Part shown: piece after piece, positions 32,220 to 41,111 of the stretch
How positions within the stretch are numbered: the first letter of the stretch is position 1
How the letters are laid out: every line of letters begins with the position of its first letter
Origin: Alphaproteobacteria bacterium
GTDB lineage: Bacteria; Pseudomonadota; Alphaproteobacteria; Paracaedibacterales; CAITNM01
Direction: 5' to 3'
DNA: 51,745 nucleotides
Assembly: GCA_947478955.1 (NCBI GenBank)
Contig: CANJXJ010000001.1
Location: 1 to 51,745 of the forward strand
The notes under the pieces: model-generated
What the model saw: the letters and a program-made list of their open reading frames with translations, nothing else
Databases searched by the model: none
Told to the model about the DNA's origin: nothing
Made by a program: the position numbers and the translations under genes

Positions 32220-33194
32220 TTAAATTGTCTTTAAAAATATAACAGATGATCCACGGTATCCATTTAAAAAATCGCTAGATGACACAGATTTTGAACCGGG
32301 TCTTTGCAGTATTTTAAGCTGTATTGCTCCTATTTTGCAAGAAATTAACAGCCTATGGTCATGGGTTGCAATCCACGTGCCTGGTGAGAAGGGAATTGAT
32401 TGAGAGGTACAGAGGGGCAGGGTATCATTTACACTTTCTGCTACACTTTCTGCATCCAGAATTTTTATTTGCTCGCCATCTAATGTAGCTGTTGTTCCGG
32501 GCCACGGCGTTAGTGCGCGAATTTTGCGCAAAATTACATCGGCATCCTCATCAAAATTTAAGGCACTTTCTTCTTTGCGAAGCTTATGGGCATATGTGAT
32601 CCCCTCTATGGGCTGAACCGTTGATTGAATTTGCCCCGACAAGATATCAGGCAAACATTCAATCAATGCTTGGATGCCAAGTGCAAGCATTTTATCATGA
32701 AGCATTTGACTTGTTTCATCTGCTTCGATGGGTGTTTGTTTGATGTGCAGCATGGGGCCGGTATCAAGCCCTGCATCCATTTGCATAATTGTAATACCTG
32801 TTTTTGCATCTCCCGCTTCAATGGCACGATGAATGGGCGCAGCACCACGCCAGCGCGGCAATAGGGATGCATGGATGTTTATACAACCAAGTTTTGGTGC
32901 ATCTAAAATCTGAACAGGCAATAATAACCCGTAGGCTGCCACAATTGCTAAGTCAGCGTTTAGTTTGCTAAATATTTCTTGTTCCTGTGGGGATTTCAAG
33001 CTTGCAGGCGTGTACACGGGGATGCCTTGCTCTTGCGCAAACTGATGCACAGGCGATAAAGCTTCTGCATGGCCTCTTCCCTTGGGACGAGGGGGTTGAG
33101 AATATACAGCAATAATCTCATAGCCTTTTTCAACTAAGGCTTGTAAAGGTGCAAGGGCAAATTCCGGCGTGCCCATAAAAATAATTCTGGCCAT
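32220..33194 (-). CDS. fmt: Methionyl-tRNA formyltransferase
   Basis: Start reset to MARIIFMGTPEFA. Motifs NIHASLLPRWRGAAPI and MDAGLDTG. Confidence 0.96.
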   Translation of the reverse strand: MARIIFMGTPEFALAPLQALVEKGYEIIAVYSQPPRPKGRGHAEALSPVHQFAQEQGIPVYTPASLKSPQEQEIFSKLNADLAIVAAYGLLLPVQILDAPKLGCINIHASLLPRWRGAAPIHRAIEAGDAKTGITIMQMDAGLDTGPMLHIKQTPIEADETSQMLHDKMLALGIQALIECLPDILSGQIQSTVQPIEGITYAHKLRKEESALNFDEDADVILRKIRALTPWPGTTATLDGEQIKILDAESVAESVNDTLPLCTSQSIPFSPGTWIATHDHRLLISCKIGAIQLKILQRPGSKSVSSSDFLNGYRGSSVIFLKTI

Positions 33195-33308
33195 AACTTC
33201 TTGTTGGCAATTTTGTACATAGTATAGTGTTCCGTTATCCATCAGCAAAGGATAATGATTTATGTCCGCATATGAAGTTTTGATTGAGCAAATTTGCATT
33301 TCTCCGGT

Positions 33309-33443
33309 GTCATCCTCGCAGAGGCGGGGATCCAGTGAAATTAACCCTTATGAACTTCAGAAGAATAGCCTCTCACCCCAAAGTGTCTCACATACTCATT
33401 CTTGCAATTATACTAACGGGATTCCCGCCTCCGCGGGAATGAC
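33309..33443. repeat. REP-like cluster 3: inverted family-A pair (REPIN-like)
   Basis: GTCATCCTCGCAGAGGCGGGGATCC (33309-33333) and GGATTCCCGCCTCCGCGGGAATGAC (33419-33443), separated by an 85-nt spacer. Confidence 0.88.
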
Positions 33444-33543
33444 AAGGACTTTTTATAAGGTAGCCCTAAAGTAATGATTGAGTGCCCTGGTAATTTTTCA
33501 CAAACAGCGTAGAATAAAGGGGAATAAGTATTTGAATTTGCCC

Positions 33544-33915
33544 ATGGCTCTTGACGCATATTTCCCCATTTTAGTTTTCTTGGCAGTAGCATTTGGTTTT
33601 GCAACGCTGTTGCTAAGCTTTTCCTGGCTTAGGGGAAAGCGTAATCCTTACCCCCAAAAAAATGCTCCCTATGAATGTGGTTTTGATTCGTTTGATGCGC
33701 CTGAACAAAACGCTCGCCGGCAGTTTGATGTGCAATTTTATTTAGTCGCCATTCTTTTTATTATTTTTGACCTAGAAATCGCGTTTTTATTTCCTTGGGC
33801 CATTTCCCTAGAAACTATTGGTTGGCCAGGTTTTTGGTCAATGATGATTTTTTTGAGTGTTTTAACAATTGGATTTGTGTATGAATGGCGCAAGGGCGCG
33901 CTTGATTGGCGATAG
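33544..33915 (+). CDS. nuoA: NADH-quinone oxidoreductase subunit A
   Basis: Start reset to MALDAYFP. Motifs [20 protein letters not shown] and [10 protein letters not shown]. Confidence 0.97.
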   Translation: MALDAYFPILVFLAVAFGFATLLLSFSWLRGKRNPYPQKNAPYECGFDSFDAPEQNARRQFDVQFYLVAILFIIFDLEIAFLFPWAISLETIGWPGFWSMMIFLSVLTIGFVYEWRKGALDWR

Positions 33916-33930
33916 GGTGTAACAAAGGGT

Positions 33931-34473
33931 ATGACAACAACACGACTTGAAGATTTAAAGGCCTATTTGCCCCATTCCCTGCACAATGAAAAAGAGCTGT
34001 TTCAATCGGTTAATAAAGAACTTTCAAACAAAGGCTATATTTTAACTAAGCTTGATCAGATGGCAGCGTGGGCCCAGAGTGGTTCTTTATGGCCAATGAC
34101 GTTTGGGCTAGCCTGTTGTGCTGTTGAAATGATGCACAGTGCAGCAAGCCGTTATGACCTTGATCGCTTTGGTCTTGTGTTTAGGCCAAGCCCCAGACAA
34201 TCAGATGTAATGATCGTAGCAGGGACCCTTACAAATAAAATGGCACCAGCCTTGCGTAGGGTTTATGACCAAATGCCAGAACCCCGTTGGGTAATCTCCA
34301 TGGGAAGCTGTGCTAATGGCGGTGGCTACTACCATTATTCCTATTCCGTAACCCGCGGCTGTGACCGTATTGTTCCGGTCGATGTTTATGTTCCCGGCTG
34401 CCCACCCACGGCCGAAGCATTGGTGTATGGCATTATGCTGTTGCAGCAAAAAATTACCGGCAAAATTGGGTAG
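33931..34473 (+). CDS. nuoB: NADH-quinone oxidoreductase subunit B
   Basis: [16 protein letters not shown] and VPGCPP. Confidence 0.98.
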   Translation: MTTTRLEDLKAYLPHSLHNEKELFQSVNKELSNKGYILTKLDQMAAWAQSGSLWPMTFGLACCAVEMMHSAASRYDLDRFGLVFRPSPRQSDVMIVAGTLTNKMAPALRRVYDQMPEPRWVISMGSCANGGGYYHYSYSVTRGCDRIVPVDVYVPGCPPTAEALVYGIMLLQQKITGKIG

Positions 34474-34482
34474 AGCTTTCCT

Positions 34483-34718
34483 TAGTTTTCCTCTTGCTTG
34501 ATCGTCCCGCTCCAGTTTCCCTACGGCTTGACCGTAGGGTCCATATCTATAATTTCTGGATCCTGGGATCAAGCGAGAATGACACGGAGTAGAAGTAGAA
34601 TGAGAGAAGGCCAGAAAGCCAGAAAGAAGGTCATCATTGTGAGGGCTGCAAGCCCGTGGCAAGCCAGTGAGTAACATCATTAAGGTAATACTTGTCATTC
34701 CCGCGGAGGCGGGAAGCC
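34483..34718. repeat. REP-like cluster 4 between convergent nuoB and lptB
   Basis: B partial at 34483, B at 34513-34543, A/B hybrid at 34558-34583 (-), third type at 34633-34667, and A at 34694-34718. Confidence 0.85.
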
Positions 34719-34741
34719 AGTAGAAAAAGATGCCGACGTCA

Positions 34742-35464
34742 TTAAAGCGAAAAATTCTCGCCCAAATACACACGCCTGACATCAGGGTGATTAATAATAT
34801 GTGCTGGGTCACCTTCGGTAAGCACCTTGCCTTCTGCAATAATGTACGCTCTGTCTACAACGTCTAGGGTTTCACGCACATTATGGTCAGTAATCAAAAT
34901 GCCGATATTATGGCTTTTCAGGCGCATAATAATGTCTTTAACATCTTGCACCGCAATCGGGTCAATACCAGCTAGTGGTTCATCTAAGAATAAAAAATCT
35001 GGCTTAATCGCAAGACATCGGGCAATTTCAACCCGTCGCCGTTCACCGCCTGAAAGAGCAACCGAAGGAGCTTCTCTTAAATGGGTAATCCCAAATTCAT
35101 CGAGTAGTTCTTCTAGGCGTTCTTGTTGGTGGTCAGGGTCAGATTCCACACGTTCAAGGGCTGCGCGAATATTATCCTCCACATTTAGCCCGCGAAAAAT
35201 TGAGGCATCTTGTGGCAAGTAGCTAATCCCCATGCGCGCTCGCTTGTACATAGGCGCATTGGTAATATCATCACCATCCAAAAAGATACGGCCTGAATCC
35301 GCCATGATTAATCCTGTAATGATCGAAAAACATGTTGTCTTTCCAGCACCATTTGGACCAAGCAAACCAACGGCTTCGCCTGAACTCACGCTCAGGTCAA
35401 TACCCTTTAGCACCATGCGCTTTTGAAAGGTCTTCGTTAATTTTTGAGCTTTAAGGGTTCTTAT
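34742..35464 (-). CDS. lptB: LPS export ABC ATPase LptB, probable ATA start at 35464
   Basis: GPNGAGKTT, YLPQDASIFR, LSGGERRRVEIAR, ITDHNVRE and VYLGENF. The frame is open 16 codons upstream of the ATG at 35416. Confidence 0.95.
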   Translation of the reverse strand: MRTLKAQKLTKTFQKRMVLKGIDLSVSSGEAVGLLGPNGAGKTTCFSIITGLIMADSGRIFLDGDDITNAPMYKRARMGISYLPQDASIFRGLNVEDNIRAALERVESDPDHQQERLEELLDEFGITHLREAPSVALSGGERRRVEIARCLAIKPDFLFLDEPLAGIDPIAVQDVKDIIMRLKSHNIGILITDHNVRETLDVVDRAYIIAEGKVLTEGDPAHIINHPDVRRVYLGENFSL

Positions 35465-35985
35465 TGTTTATCTTCCTTCTGTTTTGGATACACAACGCAG
35501 GTCACTTGATCTTCTTGACTTGCTTGCATTGTAAAAACATGTGTCCCAATGTCAAGGTTAGCTTCCCTACCATGGACTTCATTTTTCTCTTGAATAAGGT
35601 GTACATCATCTCCTGTGCACACAGCAACGTTTGTATCGAAATGATGAATACACTTCGTAGCGTATAGCTTAGTCTCGCCATATTCAATTTCAACACTGCC
35701 TTCAGCTATAGCTTCTGTTAAGTTCCCTTTATCATCAAATTCCGCATGCAGCTCATTAGATTTTAAAGTCACAAGAGAATCCTTAACCTTATACGATAAT
35801 CTTGCATTACCTGAGGCGTCAGCATGTTTGTGTGAGGTATCATAGCGCATGTTATCAGCTTTGATTTGGATATCATTCGCAGGGCTTTTTGCCGGCTCTT
35901 CACAAACACACACGTTTATGGAAAGGGCCATGGTTGTCGTCAATGTAACACTAATAAGACTTCGCATATTCACAAAACTCATCAC
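35461..35985 (-). CDS. lptA: LptA/OstA family periplasmic protein
   Basis: Signal peptide, IQIKADNM, ASGNA and IAEGSV; overlaps lptB. Confidence 0.8.
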   Translation of the reverse strand: MMSFVNMRSLISVTLTTTMALSINVCVCEEPAKSPANDIQIKADNMRYDTSHKHADASGNARLSYKVKDSLVTLKSNELHAEFDDKGNLTEAIAEGSVEIEYGETKLYATKCIHHFDTNVAVCTGDDVHLIQEKNEVHGREANLDIGTHVFTMQASQEDQVTCVVYPKQKEDKQ

Positions 35986-36020
35986 CCTGAATGTATTTCA
36001 CGGTCTAAACCATTTTCATT

Positions 36021-36048
36021 AGTGTAGCGGGAAACTCAGGGTTTTCAA
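36021..36048 (-). promoter_or_regulatory. Putative sigma70 promoter of lptAB
   Basis: TTGAAA-N16-TACACT on the minus strand. Confidence 0.5.
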
Positions 36049-36053
36049 CTCTA

Positions 36054-36551
36054 TCAATCCAATCGAAAAGAAATAGGAATTTCAAATGATACTTCTTTGC
36101 TGCTAGGGCTGAATTTCCAGGTTTTTATAGTTGCTTGCAATTCTTCTTCGAATAATTCCTTACTTCCTTCAATAGTGATCACTTCAATATGTTCTACATT
36201 CCCAGCCATATTCACTAAAAGCTTTACCGAAAACTCGCCTTCTTGACCATTAGCTTTGGCGTTAGGTGGGTAAGCTGGGGCAGGGTTATACCTAACTGAT
36301 GGCACAAAAGGCGCAACTTCTGTTGTTGATTGATTAACCTCAGCGCTACTGTGCTTCTTCACTTTATCACTCACCTTTTTGTGGGAAGCGACATGAACCT
36401 TTTCCTCTACACCCTTAGGTGACGTTAGTAAAGTTACTGAAAAGTGCGGAAGTTCCTGTTGTTGAGGGCTTTGAATATATTGCCTAATAGAAAAAGCAAG
36501 CAGCCCATGAATGCACGCAGAGCTTATGCATAAATATCGCATCTTTACCAC
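36054..36551 (-). CDS. tonB: Energy transducer TonB
   Basis: TM segment with SACIH and the TonB C-domain PAYPPNAK...EG...WKF.P...IPISFRL. The start may be the ATG at 36542. Confidence 0.88.
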   Translation of the reverse strand: MVKMRYLCISSACIHGLLAFSIRQYIQSPQQQELPHFSVTLLTSPKGVEEKVHVASHKKVSDKVKKHSSAEVNQSTTEVAPFVPSVRYNPAPAYPPNAKANGQEGEFSVKLLVNMAGNVEHIEVITIEGSKELFEEELQATIKTWKFSPSSKEVSFEIPISFRLD

Positions 36552-38326
36552 GTTATGCTTACTCCTGTATTAATCTGGAATCCCGGACTTCTGTACCCAT
36601 GAGGGCTTTCAATATGACGAGCAAGGGCATTTTCAACACCCATAAACCATATTGCTTGCTCTTTAAACTTGTATTGGAAATCACCAAAAAATACTGGATA
36701 ACCACCACGCTTGGTGCCCAAAGTACTTTGTTCAAAATCTGGTTGCATTTGATTCCCAGTATAGCGCCAACCCAAGCTTGACGAAACGTCTTCCTTTTCA
36801 TAAAAAACCCTACCATTTGCTGTCACTTTCGGAATGTTCATTAAGGCCTTTTTAGGCTTAAGACTTACCGATTCTGTATACATACATGATAGTTCAGTTC
36901 CAAAAGCGCCAACTTTATTCTTCCAACCAAGCTCAAAACCCTTTTGGCTAGCCTTGTTAAGGTTTTCATACCTATTGTTTCGATACGTAATTTGGTGTTT
37001 ATACTCAGTCCTAAAAACAAGCATACTAAATGTACCTAGATGCGTTTTTTGAGCAACTCCTAAATTACCTCCATAGGCCGTTTCATTTTTCAAATTGGTA
37101 TTGCCGTATTTTTTGTCATTTAGCATATACAAATCCGGTAGTCGAAACCCTGTGCCCAGGTGAGCAGAAAATTCAGTATCAGCATACCTTGTTAACACAC
37201 TTGAACTTAGTGCATGCATTTGCTTGAAATGATTAGCTTTATGGATGCGTACCCAATTTTTCCAAGTTAAGGTGCTTTTGCTTAAATGAATCCCCTGGGC
37301 AAAAGCATACTCATCATTTTGCTTATGAACAGATCCTGAAGAGTGCGCTGCACTGTGATGATGTTCAATAACAGGTTCAAAAATTAGCGCATCATACTTA
37401 AACTTTATCCCAACCTTTGCTTTGGTATTTTCAAAACTATAAGGAATGCTATTGGTTTGGTAAGGAGAAAAATCCTGCGCATGGACTTTGGTGTATAAGG
37501 TTTTAAAATAGGGCTGAATGGTCTCAGGTGCTCCTTCCAGCTCAAGCGCGTAAATTTGTAAGGTTCTTTTTGACCGGGCATCATATGGACTAACCAACTT
37601 TATATTACTGCCTGTAGTACCTGCTTTAACAAGACCCACTTGCAAAACCGTTTTGACATGATGACTTTCAAAACCAAGTTGATTTAGGAAATATTGTTTC
37701 TGTGTTTTTGGCTTTTTCAATGTCGGATATTTATCTTGATATCTTTTCGGGATGGAATTTTTCCCCTGAAATGAATCGCTTTCTATATGTTGTTGTAGTG
37801 AAAATCCATTGGTTTTTTTTCGCCACCATACATGACCACTTTGAGCATAATTCCCGGCGCTTAACTTAATACCACCACCTTGATTATCTGGCATAGAAAA
37901 GGGAATGACATTCACCACGCCGCCAATAGCGCCATTACCATATTCAGCACAATGTATTCCTTTTATGACCTCAACCTTGCCAGTGGAAAATGGCATTAAA
38001 GCCGCATCCGTTTCTGTTTCACTAATACTAAGTCCTGCCCAAAGCACTTTAGTATACTTTGATCCAGCTCCTTGAATGCTTATAGTCGTTAGCTGCCCAG
38101 GATTACCACTGGTTGTAGTTGTCACGCCTGGAATATTTTTGAGCTGTTGTTCTTCAAAACCAGAAGATAGTGTGTAATCAGTATTTAGTGCTTCAATGAA
38201 TTGCCATTTAGGCAGGGAGACATCCTTTTTGGTCGTCACCACAATAGGTGCCAAAACGACAGTTGATGCAGCAAAAATTGATGCTCCAACTTGGGCTGTA
38301 AAAATAATGCATAAAAATAAGCGCAA
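36545..38326 (-). CDS. btuB: TonB-dependent receptor, probable cobalamin transporter
   Basis: TTG start at 38326 after GGAGG, TonB box PIVVT, plug VEVIKG...YGNGAIGGVVN, GFRLP..L, terminal W. The B12 riboswitch upstream supports the substrate. Confidence 0.8.
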   Translation of the reverse strand: MRLFLCIIFTAQVGASIFAASTVVLAPIVVTTKKDVSLPKWQFIEALNTDYTLSSGFEEQQLKNIPGVTTTTSGNPGQLTTISIQGAGSKYTKVLWAGLSISETETDAALMPFSTGKVEVIKGIHCAEYGNGAIGGVVNVIPFSMPDNQGGGIKLSAGNYAQSGHVWWRKKTNGFSLQQHIESDSFQGKNSIPKRYQDKYPTLKKPKTQKQYFLNQLGFESHHVKTVLQVGLVKAGTTGSNIKLVSPYDARSKRTLQIYALELEGAPETIQPYFKTLYTKVHAQDFSPYQTNSIPYSFENTKAKVGIKFKYDALIFEPVIEHHHSAAHSSGSVHKQNDEYAFAQGIHLSKSTLTWKNWVRIHKANHFKQMHALSSSVLTRYADTEFSAHLGTGFRLPDLYMLNDKKYGNTNLKNETAYGGNLGVAQKTHLGTFSMLVFRTEYKHQITYRNNRYENLNKASQKGFELGWKNKVGAFGTELSCMYTESVSLKPKKALMNIPKVTANGRVFYEKEDVSSSLGWRYTGNQMQPDFEQSTLGTKRGGYPVFFGDFQYKFKEQAIWFMGVENALARHIESPHGYRSPGFQINTGVSITW

Positions 38327-38417
38327 TGAATTGCCTCCACAGGTTCGCAACATATAAGCGCGTCACCCATGGGCTACCCTTCTGATCTCTCCCCGAAATC
38401 TAGAAAAAGTGACACTC

Positions 38418-38559
38418 TTTTTGCCGGTCTCCTGGCTTGTTGTTCATAGCTGCATTTCTGCCTTCCCAGATTCCTCCAGTGGCATAAAACGAAATGCGCT
38501 CCCAACTCACAGTTGCGGGGGCAGCTTCGGATTTTGACCGAATTCCCGAACACAAAAAG
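38418..38559 (-). ncRNA. Cobalamin riboswitch
   Basis: GGGAATTCGGTCAAAATCCGAAGCTGCCCCCGCAACTGT ... GCCACTG ... GGGAAGGC ... AGCCAGGAGACCGGC (B12 box). Confidence 0.95.
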
Positions 38560-38614
38560 TTATTTGAGTTTATATAGAAAAAAAGTGACCGTCAAACGAG
38601 TTTAAACTCAACAA

Positions 38615-39805
38615 CTAACAATATTGCCCGGCTATGTATCCCGATGACCAGGCCCATTGAAAATTATATCCACCAAGCCATCCAGTAACATCAACAACTT
38701 CACCAATGAAGAATAACCCAGGAACTTTGGTGCTCTCCATGGTTTTGGATGATAGCTCTTCAGTATCTACACCACCCACGGTTACCTCAGCTTTTTGATA
38801 GCCTTCACTGCCATCAATAATAACTTTAAATTTGTGGATATCATCAGCCATATTAAATAGTGTAGCCTTCTTAAGGTCGGTAATCGCCCGTCCATAATCA
38901 GGGTGGGTGGCCATCACTTCCACAAAACGATTGGGGAAATAATTTTTCAAAAAATTAGCAACTATTTGTTTGCTGTTTTTGTGATTTGTAAATTCGTGCC
39001 TCAAATCAACTTCGGGCAATAAATTAATTGTAATTTCTTCCTTAGCAAATTTTTCTAAGTACGATGATATTTGCAAAATAGCCGGACCACTTAACCCGCG
39101 GTGGGTAAATAAAATATTCTCACAAAACTCGACACCTTTATAAGAAACAACTGAATGTTGTGAAACGCCACTAAGTTGAGTAAAGGTAGGAAGGATTGAT
39201 GGCTCAACCTTTAATGGAACCAAGGCGGGTTTTGTTGCCAGCACTTTAATACCAAATTGGCGGGCAATAATATAGCCAAAATCAGAAGCGCCAATTTGCG
39301 GAATTGATAAACCGCCCGTCGCGATAATAACCGACGCAGCATGAATTACACCATTTGTTGTTGTAAGGATAAACTGATCCTTTTTTTCAATTGATGTAAC
39401 GCAGCAATTAAGGCGCACATCAACTTGCCCGCTCTGGCATTCATCGAGCAGCATATTAATAATTTGCTTAGATGATCCATCACAAAATAATTGTCCCAAT
39501 GTTTTTTCATGATAGGCAATATTGTATGATTCAACGAGCTTAATAAAATCATGCTGGGTATATCGTGCTAATGCAGACTTTGCAAAATGCTTATTACGGC
39601 AGATATAGTTTTTAGGCGATGCAAATAGATTCGTAAAGTTACTGCGCCCTCCACCCGAAATACGGATTTTCTCTCCAATCTTAGATGTATGTTCAATAAG
39701 CATAACGCGCCGTCCGCGTTTGCCGGCAGTGGCTGCGGCCATAAGCCCGGCCGCACCAGCACCGATAACAACAACCTCAGTTTGTATTATTGATGCCAAT
39801 CTCAA
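38615..39805 (-). CDS. BaiN/YhiN (HI0933) family flavoprotein
   Basis: GAGAAG, KIRISGGGRSNFTN, LFTHRGLSGP and GWLGGYNFQWAWSSG. Confidence 0.93.
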   Translation of the reverse strand: MRLASIIQTEVVVIGAGAAGLMAAATAGKRGRRVMLIEHTSKIGEKIRISGGGRSNFTNLFASPKNYICRNKHFAKSALARYTQHDFIKLVESYNIAYHEKTLGQLFCDGSSKQIINMLLDECQSGQVDVRLNCCVTSIEKKDQFILTTTNGVIHAASVIIATGGLSIPQIGASDFGYIIARQFGIKVLATKPALVPLKVEPSILPTFTQLSGVSQHSVVSYKGVEFCENILFTHRGLSGPAILQISSYLEKFAKEEITINLLPEVDLRHEFTNHKNSKQIVANFLKNYFPNRFVEVMATHPDYGRAITDLKKATLFNMADDIHKFKVIIDGSEGYQKAEVTVGGVDTEELSSKTMESTKVPGLFFIGEVVDVTGWLGGYNFQWAWSSGYIAGQYC

Positions 39806-40449
39806 GCTGCCATATCTGTGTCTATTAGATACTTACCCTTTAGGTACAGCGCCTTGTTAATATCACGCAACCGTAACTCTATGTATCCGGAATTAAATTC
39901 TTGAAGCGCCATTCCTTTTGTTGCTTTTTCAACTTCATTCAAAAAAACTTCTTTAGGCATAGTGTTATCTTTAGCTTCTAGTTCCAGAAAGGTTCCAAAA
40001 TCTGCAAATTCATCTATGGCTATAATGAACATATCATCTTCGTAGGTTCTACGATTTTTATCTAAGGTCGCAAGAGTTTCTAAATTGTTGCTCCTTAAAA
40101 ACCCATCATAGGTGTAAGGAGTTGGACACTTAATAGATATCATTTTTGCTAAGGTTTCAAACATATGAATTGAGGAAGATTCAAAAGGCAAAGCAACATT
40201 GTACTCATGGCAAACCGTGTGATCAGTTACATTTTTTATTCCTAAATGATCTGGGTTAAATTTAAAATCGAGCGATTGTTCATTGCGTATTCTAATAAAG
40301 ATCCCATCTTGGTAAAACAATCCATCTGGGGTATCTAAATATTGGTCAACAACTCTCTTAGATGAAAAAAAATGTTTATCTTTCAAAAATTCATCCAAGT
40401 TACTGTTCAGTACTTGGAACTTTTTTTCCATTTCAATTGGATTACTCAT
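39802..40449 (-). CDS. CYTH (triphosphate tunnel) domain protein
   Basis: ExExK (IEMEKKF), DQYLD, IRIR, KNRRTY, GTFLELE and GYIEL. Confidence 0.85.
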   Translation of the reverse strand: MSNPIEMEKKFQVLNSNLDEFLKDKHFFSSKRVVDQYLDTPDGLFYQDGIFIRIRNEQSLDFKFNPDHLGIKNVTDHTVCHEYNVALPFESSSIHMFETLAKMISIKCPTPYTYDGFLRSNNLETLATLDKNRRTYEDDMFIIAIDEFADFGTFLELEAKDNTMPKEVFLNEVEKATKGMALQEFNSGYIELRLRDINKALYLKGKYLIDTDMAA

Positions 40450-40460
40450 GTGTGATCCTT

Positions 40461-40495
40461 AAAATTAAAGGCGACTAACCTTGAAGTAGCCGCCT
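40461..40495 (-). terminator. Intrinsic terminator after the rhodanese gene
   Basis: AGGCGGCTA...TAGTCGCCT followed by TTAATTTT on the minus strand. Confidence 0.55.
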
Positions 40496-40518
40496 CTTAA
40501 ATTGTTTTTGATCTTATT

Positions 40519-41022
40519 TTAAGCTTTAGGCTTATCAACAGGCTTTTTGTTTTCAGTCCATTCTTTAATGCCGCCTGCATAATGGCAGATATTTGTGTAT
40601 CCCATTCCTACAAGACGTTCAGCTAAAGTAGTGCTTGCTGGGCAGCTTACGCTCCCGCAGTACACAACAATCATGGCCGTTTTATCTTTTAATTTTGACT
40701 GAATATCTTTGTCATCAGCATTTGCTGCAAGGAAAATGGCTCCTTTTATGGTTTCATCGCCACTACCACGCGCATCAACAATAGTTGCACTTGAAAGCAT
40801 ACTTTCAACTTCAGCCATGGTTTTTTCTGTAATTGCAACGGGTGTAGGTTTAGGTTCCTCTTTTTTTACAGAATCAGCTGCCGTTGTTTTGCTTAAAGCC
40901 ATATCTGCATCTGTTTTTTTAGTAGCCGTTTCGGTCTTAGTTGATGCCGAAAGATCAGCGCCTAAAATAGCCACTACCGCTAAACTAATTGATGAAAGTA
41001 AACGAATCATCATCATATTCAT
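40519..41022 (-). CDS. Exported rhodanese-like protein
   Basis: Signal peptide, IVDAR, IKGA, VYCGSVSCPAS and YAGGIKEW. Confidence 0.88.
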   Translation of the reverse strand: MNMMMIRLLSSISLAVVAILGADLSASTKTETATKKTDADMALSKTTAADSVKKEEPKPTPVAITEKTMAEVESMLSSATIVDARGSGDETIKGAIFLAANADDKDIQSKLKDKTAMIVVYCGSVSCPASTTLAERLVGMGYTNICHYAGGIKEWTENKKPVDKPKA

Positions 41023-41111
41023 AAAATTCCCCTGTGGTTAATAGTTTGATTCATTAGCATTAGAAGATAAAATGACGTTAAAATCAACATAATAGAAAAA
41101 TTTGGACTGTT

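Noticed and set aside
33262-33604. Short ORFs 33262..33474 and 33413..33604, and the long N-terminal extensions of fmt and nuoA
   Set aside because: The short ORFs are translations of repeat DNA (GIPASAGMT, SFPRRRES). Homology of fmt and nuoA begins at 33194 and 33544.
28672-34718. Repeat clusters as a CRISPR array
   Set aside because: Mixed orientation, irregular spacing, degenerate copies and no cas genes. The pattern fits REP-like elements.
34201-34839. 212-aa minus-strand ORF
   Set aside because: Antisense to nuoB, overlaps lptB and runs through the REP cluster; a shadow ORF.
34742-38559. B12 riboswitch controlling lptAB by read-through
   Set aside because: A separate promoter-like TTGAAA-N16-TACACT lies between tonB and lptA.
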